Positions 1 through 8,816 of a DNA stretch of 36,728 nucleotides are shown here, in pieces (position 1 is the first letter of the stretch; each line of letters starts with the position of its first letter). The stretch is from a bacterium (GTDB taxonomy: Bacteria; Omnitrophota; Gorgyraeia; Gygaellales; UBA12090). The position numbers and the translations under genes are program-made. The DNA lies in assembly GCA_004299495.1 (NCBI GenBank), contig SCPY01000269.1, positions 1 through 36,728 of the forward strand, read 5' to 3'. Under the pieces are notes generated by a model. That model made no database searches. It saw only the letters and a program-made list of their open reading frames with translations, and was not told where the DNA came from.

Positions 1-5
1 CCTCT

Positions 6-620
6 TTGCTTAAGGAGGCAAGCGATGGAGGCGGACGCCTTTTTGAAGTCAGCGGTCCGGTGTATGAAAAGATTGCCTTTGGCAACCGAAGCGAGGGTGT
101 TATCGCGGTGGCTGTTCGTCCGAGAGCATCCCTTAAGGACATACCCATAAGGGAAAATCCTCTTTTTGTGGTAATAGAGGGTATAGAAAAGCCCGGTAAC
201 TTGGGGGCGATTATCAGGACAGCCCAGGCCGCGGGGGCGGACGCGGTCTTGGTGGCGGATGCGCGTACCGATATCTATAATCCTTACGTGGTGCGTTCAA
301 GCATAGGGGCGTTATTTGAGGCCCGTGTGGTGCAGGCCGAATCCGGAGAAATAATTTCCTGGCTTAAAGAGCGCGAAGTGAGGATAGCCTGCGCCTGCGT
401 GAAAGGGGATATGGCGTATACTTCTGTTGATTTTCGGGGGCGGCTCGCCATAGCCGTAGGCAGCGAGGAAAAGGGACTCACCGGCCTCTGGAAAGAGAGC
501 GCGGATTCCAGGGTTACCATACCTATGGCAGGTAAAGTAGATTCGCTTAATGTGTCTTGCGCGGCGGCGATATTGCTCTTTGAAGCCGTGCGCCAGAGGG
601 GGGATATCGCCAGGAGGTAA
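6..620 (+). CDS. SpoU/TrmH-family RNA 2'-O-methyltransferase, probably 5'-truncated by the window edge
   Basis: SpoU motifs GNLGAIIRTAQAAGADAV, IAVGSEEKGL and IPMAGKVDSLNVSCAAAILLFE. The frame is open to the left edge. Confidence 0.85.
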   Translation: MLKEASDGGGRLFEVSGPVYEKIAFGNRSEGVIAVAVRPRASLKDIPIRENPLFVVIEGIEKPGNLGAIIRTAQAAGADAVLVADARTDIYNPYVVRSSIGALFEARVVQAESGEIISWLKEREVRIACACVKGDMAYTSVDFRGRLAIAVGSEEKGLTGLWKESADSRVTIPMAGKVDSLNVSCAAAILLFEAVRQRGDIARR

Positions 621-623
621 TAT

Positions 624-1181
624 ATGCCTTATGAAACCGCTGTCAAAAAAGCCTGGGAGGCGCTTGAGGATTTATCCGAAGGCAGGATTGCCTATGAAGT
701 TGCTTTGCTGGGAGACAGGTATGAGGTGAACCTGAAAGACAAAAGCATATTCTCAAATTCCTGCAACGTGCCGGCCAAGGAATATCTCGCCATACTGATA
801 TTGCATTATTTAATCGGTTCCCTGAAAGGGGCCTATATCCCCAGCGGAGAGTGGATTTCTTTTAAGGATATAGAAGGCGGAGAGACGTATTATCCCGCCT
901 ATCGAAAAAGCGTGATAGAAAGGCTGTTAAGGAAATTCGGGGAGAAGCCGGAAAATTTACTGAGCGTGCCGGAACGTTTCAAGGGGGTTACGGTTGAGGG
1001 GATAGCTGATGCCGCTATTGAGATCGAGACCTTTCTTAATGTAAAGGTAAGGGTAGCCATTTGGAAAGGCGATGAGGAGTTTGGCCCCGAGGCGAGCATC
1101 CTCTATGACAGAAATCTGACCCGGATTTATACTATGGAAGACATCACGGTCTTTTCGCATTTTATCGTGGGCAATCTCTAA
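624..1181 (+). CDS. DUF3786-domain protein
   Basis: GGAGG lies 6 nt upstream. ILILHYL...GEWISFKDIEGGETYYPAY...VAIWKGDEEFGPEASILYD matches my memory of the DUF3786 family, which is often found in acetyl-CoA-pathway organisms. Confidence 0.7.
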   Translation: MPYETAVKKAWEALEDLSEGRIAYEVALLGDRYEVNLKDKSIFSNSCNVPAKEYLAILILHYLIGSLKGAYIPSGEWISFKDIEGGETYYPAYRKSVIERLLRKFGEKPENLLSVPERFKGVTVEGIADAAIEIETFLNVKVRVAIWKGDEEFGPEASILYDRNLTRIYTMEDITVFSHFIVGNL

Positions 1182-1190
1182 AATAAAGCT

Positions 1191-1976
1191 ATGCGTAAAA
1201 TTATCTATGCGCTTTTAATTATGCTATTATGTATTGGGATTATTTATTCCCTTACGCGTAAGCCGGGGCTTAGCAAGATTGAATCCGATACCCGCGCGCT
1301 TGTCCGGGCCATAATCCAGAAAGAACAGCCCGCCGCTAAGGCTAAAGAGGAGGTTAAGCGTCCGGAGCGTGTCGGAGAGAAGATAGCCTATGACGTAAAA
1401 CTGGGAAAGATTTCTCTGGGCAAGGCAAAATACAGCCATTTGCCAAACGTTGAGCTTGACGGAAAACCGGCAATCCATATGACTTTTGAGACCAGATTGA
1501 CGCGTTTCTCGGACATAGAGAATATTTACAGCGATCCTGATACTTTCCTGCCGCTTAAAATAGAGCGCGCGATATCTTCCTGGCCGCTTTCGGAAGAGAT
1601 TTTTGAACTGTACGACCAGAAAAACTTCACCCTCACTATTACTAAACATAAATCCGGCAAGGGGCGGCAGCGCACCATAAAAAAAGACAGCCCTATCCAT
1701 AACGCGATAATGCTTCCGTTCTATGTGCGGCGCATGGAGGAGATTGACGCGGGATGGTCAATGACCGTGAACCTGCCTAACCAGAAGTTTGAAATAAAAT
1801 TTGTTTCCATGGAAGATGTGGCAGTTCCGGCCGGATCTTTTAAGGCCTATCATTTTAAAAGCGCTCCGGAGAGGTTTGAGGTATGGGTGAGCGCCGATGA
1901 GCGTAAAATCCCGGTGAAAATAAAAGGAAACGGAGCTTTGGGATACACCCTGGTGATGAGGGAATACAGCATTTAA
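1191..1976 (+). CDS. Signal-anchored protein, DUF3108-like
   Basis: N-terminal hydrophobic helix. YDVKLGKISLGKAKY plus a beta-rich remainder resembles DUF3108. The family call is tentative. Confidence 0.6.
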   Translation: MRKIIYALLIMLLCIGIIYSLTRKPGLSKIESDTRALVRAIIQKEQPAAKAKEEVKRPERVGEKIAYDVKLGKISLGKAKYSHLPNVELDGKPAIHMTFETRLTRFSDIENIYSDPDTFLPLKIERAISSWPLSEEIFELYDQKNFTLTITKHKSGKGRQRTIKKDSPIHNAIMLPFYVRRMEEIDAGWSMTVNLPNQKFEIKFVSMEDVAVPAGSFKAYHFKSAPERFEVWVSADERKIPVKIKGNGALGYTLVMREYSI

Positions 1977-1982
1977 TTTCCT

Positions 1983-2711
1983 ATGGCGATGTTATTCTTA
2001 ATTCTTCTGTTGTGCGCGGCTGTCGCGCTTATCGCGCTTTTGCTTGTGCCCGCCGAGGCTATAAAGCAATTATATAAAGGCAGGCCGCGCCTTTCCGGGC
2101 TTACTCTTAATATGCGTTCCGATTCCGGAGGGGAGCCGGATACAGCCGCTCCGGGCAAAGGCATTTCGGCACAACAGCCATTGGCTTCTCCGGAGAGCAA
2201 GGCGGAAGAATTAGCGGTAAAGTTAAAGGCTGCCCGCGAGGATATTCGCAAGCTTCAGGAAGATGCTGCCTTAGCAAAAAATAGCGAATCCGCGGCCCTT
2301 GCCGAGCTGAGTAAGTTCAAGCTGGGAACGGAAAAAGACGCAAGCGATCAGGAGAACCGCAAGAAGGAAATTCGCGAGCTCGCCGACAAACTGCTTGAGA
2401 AGGGCCGTGAATATGAAAAAGAGTTTTCGCTTAATCTAAGCCTCAATAAAGAATTAGGCGGGTATAAAGAGAAGTGCGAGCGTTTAGAAAGCGAAAACCG
2501 CCAGCAGGGCGAGAAGTTAGCGCTTTTAGAGGGGCATGTTAAGGCCTACAAGGAAGAGCTAAAGAAGCAGGCCCAGCTTATCTCTGAATTAACTAAAAAG
2601 AATGATGAGGCCCAATGGGTTTCCAAGAAGGAATATGAGGCGCTCCAGGCGCGGCTGGTAAAGGGAAAAGAAGATGAAAAGGGGATTGATGAAGAAGGAA
2701 GGCCTGCTTAG
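1983..2711 (+). CDS. Membrane-anchored coiled-coil protein, function unknown
   Basis: N-terminal TM helix (LFLILLLCAAVALIALLLV) followed by about 170 aa rich in E/K/L heptad-like sequence. The 3' end overlaps aroA by 38 nt. Confidence 0.6.
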   Translation: MAMLFLILLLCAAVALIALLLVPAEAIKQLYKGRPRLSGLTLNMRSDSGGEPDTAAPGKGISAQQPLASPESKAEELAVKLKAAREDIRKLQEDAALAKNSESAALAELSKFKLGTEKDASDQENRKKEIRELADKLLEKGREYEKEFSLNLSLNKELGGYKEKCERLESENRQQGEKLALLEGHVKAYKEELKKQAQLISELTKKNDEAQWVSKKEYEALQARLVKGKEDEKGIDEEGRPA

Positions 2712-3981
2712 GGTTGAGAAGGCTCAATGCCTAAAGGGAAAAGTTAAGGCCTCGCCTTCTAAGTCCTATACGATAAGAGCGATTGCCTGCGCCGCGCTTT
2801 CCGGCAGCGCAAAAATTATAAATCCCCTTATTTCAGAAGATACCCAAGCCGCGATAGTGGCTTTCGGGAATCTGGGAGCGTTGATAAAAAAGAGAGGAAA
2901 TACCCTTAAGGTAAAAGGCTTTGGCGCAAGGCCGTCTTTGGCCGGTGAGGTAAATGTGGGAGAGTCAGGGACCCTCCTGCGTCTGATTCTGCCTATTATC
3001 GCTTTAGGGAAAGGAAGATTCTTGGTGCGCGGAGAGGGCACTTTACTTAAGCGGCCCCATAAAGCGATAGCGGAGGTTTTATTGTCTCTGGGAGCGCGTA
3101 TTCAAGGCAAAGACAGCGAATTCCGGCTTCCTCTGCGTATTGACGGCAGGGGGGGGCTTGGCGGCGGAAAGGTCAAAGTGAGCGGACAGATGAGTTCGCA
3201 GGCGATTTCCTCCCTCTTAACCGTGGCGCCTCTCGCCGTACATGATGTGGAACTCGTGGTTAAGGACAGGGTAGTCTCCGCGCCATACATTGATATCACT
3301 TTAAACGTGCTTAAGCGCTTCGGGATAAAGGTGAAAAGGCAGGGATACAAAAGATTCTTCATCAAAGCTCCGCAAATTTATGAACCCAAAGAGGATTTTA
3401 TAATTCACGGAGATTATTCTTCAGCGGCATTTTTAATCGCCGCGGGATGCCTGGTTGAGTCGGATATTACCATAACCGATCTGGTCAAAGACAGCCAGGG
3501 CGACAGGAACATTATTCAGATTCTTAACAGTATGGGCGCGAAGATAATTCATGCCAATGGTTGCGCGCGTATCCGGGGCCCTTTTAATCTTAAGGGCAGG
3601 GATATTGATTGTTCCGATACCCCTGATTTGGTGCCTATCCTGGCGGTGGCAGGCTGTTTTGCCAAAGGCAAAACAAGGATACGTAATATCAGCCATCTGG
3701 CGTATAAGGAAAGCGATAGAATCCAGGCCCCCGCAGGCGAACTCAGGAAATTAGGGGCCAATATCCGCGCAGGCGCGGATTCCTTAATCATAGAAGAATC
3801 CGGTTTAAGGCCCGCGGTAGTGAGCGGCTGTAATGACCACAGAATAGCCATGGCCCTGGCGGTGTGCGGTTTAAGAATAGGCGGGATAGCCATTAAAGGC
3901 GTTGATTGCGTCAATAAGTCTTATCCCCGCTTTATCCCGGATATGGAATCGCTGGGCGCGAGATTTATTATTAAGAATTGA
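2674..3981 (+). CDS. aroA: 3-phosphoshikimate 1-carboxyvinyltransferase (EPSP synthase)
   Basis: SPSKSYTIRA, GESGTLLRL, DHRIAMALAV and VNKSYPRF motifs. The start could instead be the ATG at 2689. Confidence 0.9.
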   Translation: MKRGLMKKEGLLRVEKAQCLKGKVKASPSKSYTIRAIACAALSGSAKIINPLISEDTQAAIVAFGNLGALIKKRGNTLKVKGFGARPSLAGEVNVGESGTLLRLILPIIALGKGRFLVRGEGTLLKRPHKAIAEVLLSLGARIQGKDSEFRLPLRIDGRGGLGGGKVKVSGQMSSQAISSLLTVAPLAVHDVELVVKDRVVSAPYIDITLNVLKRFGIKVKRQGYKRFFIKAPQIYEPKEDFIIHGDYSSAAFLIAAGCLVESDITITDLVKDSQGDRNIIQILNSMGAKIIHANGCARIRGPFNLKGRDIDCSDTPDLVPILAVAGCFAKGKTRIRNISHLAYKESDRIQAPAGELRKLGANIRAGADSLIIEESGLRPAVVSGCNDHRIAMALAVCGLRIGGIAIKGVDCVNKSYPRFIPDMESLGARFIIKN

Positions 3982-4002
3982 GCCGGAGCCGCTCAAAAAA
4001 TC

Positions 4003-4031
4003 TTGCCCCGTCTTATATTTCGTGGTATACT
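4003..4031 (+). promoter_or_regulatory. Candidate sigma70-type promoter upstream of yebC
   Basis: TTGCCC, a 17-nt spacer ending in TGG, then TATACT. It lies in the 118-nt gap after aroA. Confidence 0.35.
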
Positions 4032-4099
4032 AATAGGTTATCTTAAGAGAAATTTAGTTCGCGGCGCAATTTAACTGCTTATAGAGGAGGTTATCTGTT

Positions 4100-4858
4100 A
4101 TGTCTGGACATTCAAAGTGGGCAAGTATAAAACATAAGAAAGGCGCGGCTGATGCCAGGAAGGGCGCCCTTTATACCAAGCTTATCAAAGAGATAACGAT
4201 GAGCGCGAGAAACGGCGGGGGGAATCCGGATATGAATCCGGCCTTACGCACCGCGATGAACAAGGCCAGAGAGGCGAATATGCCCTCTGATAACGTGAAA
4301 AACGCCATTAAACGCGGCACCGGAGAATTGCCGGGTGTGGTATATGAGACCGTGACTTATGAGGCCTATGGCCCGGCGGGCGTTGCCATAATGATTGAGG
4401 CGCTGACTGATAACAAAAACCGTACTACCGCGGAACTGCGCAACATTCTTTCTAAGAAAAGCGGGAATATGGCGGGTGCCGGCTCTGTGGCATGGATATT
4501 TCAAAAAAAGGGCTATATAGTCGTAGATAAGGCCGCTGTTAAAGAGGATGTGCTTATGGATGCCTCTTTAGAGGCGGGGGCGGAGGATATAAAATCTCAG
4601 GAAAAAAGCTTTGAGGTGCTGACTATCCCTCAGGATTTCGAGAAGGTAAAATCTCACCTTCAGGAAAAAGGCATAGCCTATCAAAGCGCGGAGGTAACTA
4701 TGCTGCCTACTTCGGTTATTAAAGTGTCCGGAGCGTCTGAGGCAAAGCAGATATTGAGTTTAGTTGAGGCGCTCGAAGACCACGACGACGTGCAGGAGGT
4801 CTATGCTAATTTTGATATTCCCGATGAATTGATTGAGCAGGTAGCGGCGGCCGGTTAA
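4100..4858 (+). CDS. yebC: YebC/PmpR-family DNA-binding regulator
   Basis: MSGHSKWASIKHKKG N-terminus, full-length family match, AGAGGAGG RBS. Confidence 0.95.
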   Translation: MSGHSKWASIKHKKGAADARKGALYTKLIKEITMSARNGGGNPDMNPALRTAMNKAREANMPSDNVKNAIKRGTGELPGVVYETVTYEAYGPAGVAIMIEALTDNKNRTTAELRNILSKKSGNMAGAGSVAWIFQKKGYIVVDKAAVKEDVLMDASLEAGAEDIKSQEKSFEVLTIPQDFEKVKSHLQEKGIAYQSAEVTMLPTSVIKVSGASEAKQILSLVEALEDHDDVQEVYANFDIPDELIEQVAAAG

Positions 4859-4864
4859 GTCTAT

Positions 4865-5347
4865 ATGCGTATCGCGGGGATTGACCCGGGGTTGCGTACC
4901 ACAGGTTACGGCTTGATTGACAGCCAGGGATTGAAAGTGAAATTGGTTGAGGCAGGCTATATCCGCACCAATCCGAAAGAAAAAATACAGGGCCGCCTGG
5001 GCCATCTGCACAGGGCAATAGGCGCGATAATTAGTAAGTTTAACCCGGAAGTTATGGTTTTGGAAAAATTATATGCCCATTGGAGGCACCCTGCCACGGC
5101 TTACGCTTTAGGCCAGGCAAGGGGGGTTATTTGCCTGGCGGCAAAAGAAAATAATATCGAACTGGTGGAATATGCCGCAACCAGGATAAAGAAGGCGATT
5201 GTAGGCAAAGGCCATGCCTCTAAGATGCAGGTCCAGCGCATGATTCAGCATTTGTTCTCCTTGTCCCAGGCGCCCGCGCCCGCGGATGTGAGCGATGCCC
5301 TGGCATTAGCGGTGGGGCATTCGTATATGATGAAGAAGCCGCAATGA
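4865..5347 (+). CDS. ruvC: Crossover junction endodeoxyribonuclease RuvC
   Basis: MRIAGIDPGLRTTGYG, EKLYAH, DVSDALALAVGH. Confidence 0.95.
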   Translation: MRIAGIDPGLRTTGYGLIDSQGLKVKLVEAGYIRTNPKEKIQGRLGHLHRAIGAIISKFNPEVMVLEKLYAHWRHPATAYALGQARGVICLAAKENNIELVEYAATRIKKAIVGKGHASKMQVQRMIQHLFSLSQAPAPADVSDALALAVGHSYMMKKPQ

Positions 5348-5976
5348 TTGCCCAGATTTCCGGTAATGTCATACGGCAGAATCAGAATTCGCTGCTGATG
5401 GATGTTTCGGGGATTTGCTACGAGGTCCTTGTGCCTACCGCCATCATGCAGAGAATCAGCAAGCTGATAGATAAGGAGCGGGCGCTAACCCTTATCACAT
5501 ATCATTACCACAGCGTCGAGCCGTCAAAGTCGGTCCCTATTTTAATTGGCTTCCTAAATGAGATAGAGCGGGATTTTTTCTTGCAGTTTATTACGGTTTC
5601 CGGAATCGGGCCCCGCGCGGCCCTGAGGGCGCTGGCCGCCTCTTTTTCAACCATTGCCCAGGCCATAGATGAAGGCAATGCCGGTTTCTTAAAATCCTTG
5701 CCGGGAATCGGAAGCCAGCGCGCGAAAGAGATTATCGCCAAACTCCAGGGTAAGGTGGGAAAATTCGGCCTTATTCAAGACGACGGATATAAAGATGAAT
5801 CACGCGCGATAGCTGCTGATGATACAGCGCAAGAGGCGGTGGAGGTGTTGGTTCAACTTCAGTATAAAAGGCAGGAAGCAAAAGAGATGGTGCGCCAGGC
5901 ATTGGAAAGGGCGCCACATATCAATCATACCGAAGAACTGCTTAACGAGGTATATAAGCATAAGGTAAAAAAATAA
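5344..5976 (+). CDS. ruvA: Holliday junction branch migration protein RuvA
   Basis: ATGA overlap with ruvC. HhH motifs VSGIGPRAALRAL and LPGIGSQRAKEII. Confidence 0.9.
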   Translation: MIAQISGNVIRQNQNSLLMDVSGICYEVLVPTAIMQRISKLIDKERALTLITYHYHSVEPSKSVPILIGFLNEIERDFFLQFITVSGIGPRAALRALAASFSTIAQAIDEGNAGFLKSLPGIGSQRAKEIIAKLQGKVGKFGLIQDDGYKDESRAIAADDTAQEAVEVLVQLQYKRQEAKEMVRQALERAPHINHTEELLNEVYKHKVKK

Positions 5977-5979
5977 CCA

Positions 5980-6612
5980 ATGAACGAAGAGAACCAGTCC
6001 AGTATAAATTATAAGGCGGCAATTGAGGCGTTTTTATTTGTCAGCGAAAAGCCCTTATTGATAGAGCAGGTTAAGGGCGTATTGGATGGCATGGAAGCGG
6101 ATAAAATACGGGATACGCTCTTAGAGTTAAAGAGCGATTATGAGAAAAGCGAGAGGGGCCTGCGCATTATTGAGATCGCGGGAGGCTTTCAGATTGTTAC
6201 TTCCCCGGAGGCCGCGGAGACCCTAAGGAAGTTTTACAAGCTCCGGGATGCCCAGCGATTAAGCAAATCCGCCCTGGAAACCCTGGCGATTATCGCCTAT
6301 AAGCAGCCGGTTACCCGCCTGGACATAGAGTCCTTGCGGGGGGTAAATGTTGATAGTATGATAAGAAGCCTGATGGAAAAAAATCTTATCCGTATCGCCG
6401 GGAGAAAAGATGTCATCGGCAGGCCTTTCGTTTATTCCACTACGAAACAATTCATGGAGTACTTCGGACTTGCGTCATTAGCTGACCTGCCGAAGGTGGA
6501 AGAATTAGCTAAAGGCGCGCAAAGCGCGCAGGACCCGGCACAATTACTCAGCCTAAGCAATAGGACTGAAAACTTTATAAGCGCGGTTAAGGATAACTCT
6601 AATGAACCTTGA
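5980..6612 (+). CDS. scpB: Segregation and condensation protein B
   Basis: AIEAFLFVSEKPL, IAGGFQIVT, LETLAIIAYKQPVTRLDIESLRGV. Confidence 0.9.
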   Translation: MNEENQSSINYKAAIEAFLFVSEKPLLIEQVKGVLDGMEADKIRDTLLELKSDYEKSERGLRIIEIAGGFQIVTSPEAAETLRKFYKLRDAQRLSKSALETLAIIAYKQPVTRLDIESLRGVNVDSMIRSLMEKNLIRIAGRKDVIGRPFVYSTTKQFMEYFGLASLADLPKVEELAKGAQSAQDPAQLLSLSNRTENFISAVKDNSNEP

Positions 6613-7663
6613 AAACTTAAGAAAACAGATTGACAGTATCGATACGCACATCGTAAATGCCCTGGGCAGGCGATGTGAAATTACCCTGAAGATCCGTAAG
6701 CTCAAAAAGAAATTGGGCAGGCAAATTTACTCTCCGGAGCGCGAGCGGCAGGTCTTGAGCCGCTTAAAAAAGATAAAGCGCGGCCCTCTCTCTGATGAGG
6801 CGCTGGAGGCAATCTACCGCGAGATTATGTCCGCGGCCCTTTCCCTGGAGAAGCCGTTAACCATCGCCTATCTTGGGCCTGAGGCAACCTTCACGCATTT
6901 AGCAGCGATAAAAAAATTCGGCCAGCAGCTGGCCTATCTGCCTTGCGATTCCATATCCAGCGTATTCAGAGAGGTGTTGAAACATAATGCTAACTACGGG
7001 GTGGTGCCGGTAGAAAATTCTATTGAAGGCGCGGTGACCCACACCCTGGACATGCTGATTGACTCGGATGTAAAGATATGCGCTCAGATTGTGATGAATG
7101 TGTCGCATAATCTGTTAAGCGAGTGCGCCAGAGGGGATATCCGCAAAATTTATTCTAACCCCCAGGTATTTGCGCAGTGCAGGCTCTGGCTGAAGGAAAA
7201 TTTCCCTAAGGCTGAGCTTATAGATACTCCTTCTACCAGCCGGGCGGCCCAGATTGCCAGGGATAATAAGAACACCGCTGCCATCGCCTCAATCTTAGCG
7301 GCACGGGTGTACGGGCTTAAGGTAATCGCTAAAGATATAGAGGACTCTCCCAGCAATATTACCCGTTTCCTGGTAATCGGAGAAAACGGCGCCGGGCCGA
7401 CAGGCAATGATAAGACCTCGGTGGTCTTCTCCATAAAAGACAGGGTGGGGGCATTGTATGACATGCTTTCCCCTTTTAAGAAATACCGCATCAACCTTAC
7501 CAAGATAGAATCCCGCCCCTCCAAAAAAAGGGCCTGGGATTATTATTTCTTCCTGGATTTAGAAGGCCATATCCAGGATAAAAATACCGCGAGAGCCCTA
7601 AAAGAATTAGAGTCGCGCGCCAAGTTCTTTAAGATACTCGGCTCATACCCAAACGCGGAATAA
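6602..7663 (+). CDS. pheA: Bifunctional chorismate mutase / prephenate dehydratase (P-protein)
   Basis: N-terminal CM domain (LRKQIDSIDTHIVNALGRR), PDT domain (IAYLGPEATFTH, VPVENSIEGAV) and ACT domain (ESRPSKKRAWDYYFFLDLEGH). Confidence 0.9.
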   Translation: MNLENLRKQIDSIDTHIVNALGRRCEITLKIRKLKKKLGRQIYSPERERQVLSRLKKIKRGPLSDEALEAIYREIMSAALSLEKPLTIAYLGPEATFTHLAAIKKFGQQLAYLPCDSISSVFREVLKHNANYGVVPVENSIEGAVTHTLDMLIDSDVKICAQIVMNVSHNLLSECARGDIRKIYSNPQVFAQCRLWLKENFPKAELIDTPSTSRAAQIARDNKNTAAIASILAARVYGLKVIAKDIEDSPSNITRFLVIGENGAGPTGNDKTSVVFSIKDRVGALYDMLSPFKKYRINLTKIESRPSKKRAWDYYFFLDLEGHIQDKNTARALKELESRAKFFKILGSYPNAE

Positions 7664-7678
7664 AAGTTTTAACCCACA

Positions 7679-8758
7679 ATGATTAACAGGAAAATCCTAG
7701 AGATTGCCCCGTATCAGCCGGGCAGGCCTATTGAAGAGGTGCAAAGGAGCTTAGGCCTTAAGGAAGTTATTAAGCTTGCCTCTAATGAAAACCCCCTTGG
7801 CCCCAGCCCAAAGGCGGTTTCGGCAATTAGAAAATCGCTGGGTAAGCTTAACCGCTATCCGGAAGGCTCTTGTTTTCTTTTGCGCCAACGCCTTGCTAAG
7901 GGCTTAGGCGTTAAGCCGGGCAATCTGATTTTCGGAAACGGCTCGGATGAGATTATTGATATAATTATTAAGGCATTTTCCGAGCCGGACGACGAAATTA
8001 TTACCTCAGATACCACCTTTCTGGAATATAAAATCATCTCCCGGCAAAATGGCAGGCGGGTTCGGCTCGTTCCCTTAAAAGATTTCAGGTATAATTTATC
8101 GGCGATAAAAAAGGCAATAGGCCCAAAGACAAAAGCCATATTTATTGCTAATCCTAATAATCCCACAGGCACATATGTGAACAAGGAGGAGGTGGATAAT
8201 TTCCTTAAGGCCTTGCCAAAACGCGTCGTGGTTATTTTTGACGAGGCCTATCTGGAATTTGCGGATAGAAGAGATTTTCCGAAGAGCCTGTCCTATTTCA
8301 GGCAGGGCAGGAATATAATTATCTTAAGAACATTCTCTAAGATTTACGGCCTGGCGGGGTTGAGAATTGGTTATGGGATTGCCGGAGAAGAGCTTATCCG
8401 GTACATGGAGCGCTGCCGCCAGCCGTTTAATGTAAATACCCTTGCCCAGGAAGCGGCGAGAGCGGCATTAGGCGATAGCGATTTTGTAAAGAAGGCGCAA
8501 AGGTTGGCCCGGGAGGGAAAGAAATACCTTTATCGCGAATTGAATAAGCTGAAAATGGATTATATCCTGTCCGCGGCAAACTTTATCTTGATTGACATAG
8601 GCCAAGACGGCCTCGCTGTCTTTAATAAGCTTCTTAGACAGGGTGTGATTGTCAGGGATATGCGCCAGTATGGCCTGAAAAATTTTATTCGGGTCACCAT
8701 CGGTACATATAAGGAAAATAAGAAATTTATTAAATCACTAAATAAAGTCTTAGCTTAG
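7679..8758 (+). CDS. hisC: Histidinol-phosphate/aromatic aminotransferase
   Basis: LASNENPLGPSP, NPNNPTG and the PLP-lysine motif RTFSKIYGLAGLRIGY. Confidence 0.9.
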   Translation: MINRKILEIAPYQPGRPIEEVQRSLGLKEVIKLASNENPLGPSPKAVSAIRKSLGKLNRYPEGSCFLLRQRLAKGLGVKPGNLIFGNGSDEIIDIIIKAFSEPDDEIITSDTTFLEYKIISRQNGRRVRLVPLKDFRYNLSAIKKAIGPKTKAIFIANPNNPTGTYVNKEEVDNFLKALPKRVVVIFDEAYLEFADRRDFPKSLSYFRQGRNIIILRTFSKIYGLAGLRIGYGIAGEELIRYMERCRQPFNVNTLAQEAARAALGDSDFVKKAQRLAREGKKYLYRELNKLKMDYILSAANFILIDIGQDGLAVFNKLLRQGVIVRDMRQYGLKNFIRVTIGTYKENKKFIKSLNKVLA

Positions 8759-8816
8759 ACAGCTTTAAGGCGGCCAAGCGACGATAAGGAGAATTATAAA
8801 AATTCTAAGACAGATA

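Noticed and set aside
1227-1700. 157-aa minus-strand ORF. Similar antisense ORFs occur at 284-520, 3549-3914, 7150-7524, 8856-9182, 15737-16201, 18500-18832, 31533-31913, 34307-34645 and 35081-35461.
   Set aside because: Each lies entirely inside a plus-strand gene with strong family-level motifs. None has an SD, and the translations are low-complexity R/S/P/L-rich shadow frames.
2674-2711. The 38-nt overlap between the coiled-coil protein gene and aroA, as a possible programmed frameshift or fusion.
   Set aside because: No slippery heptamer is evident. The overlap shrinks if aroA starts at the ATG at 2689, so this is ordinary start-site ambiguity.
3149-3156. Homopolymers inside coding regions: G8 in aroA (3149-3156) and A9 in the Ctp protease gene (26791-26799), as possible phase-variation or frameshift sites.
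   Set aside because: Both genes read through in frame with family-typical sequence on each side. They are essential or housekeeping genes and unlikely phase-variation targets.
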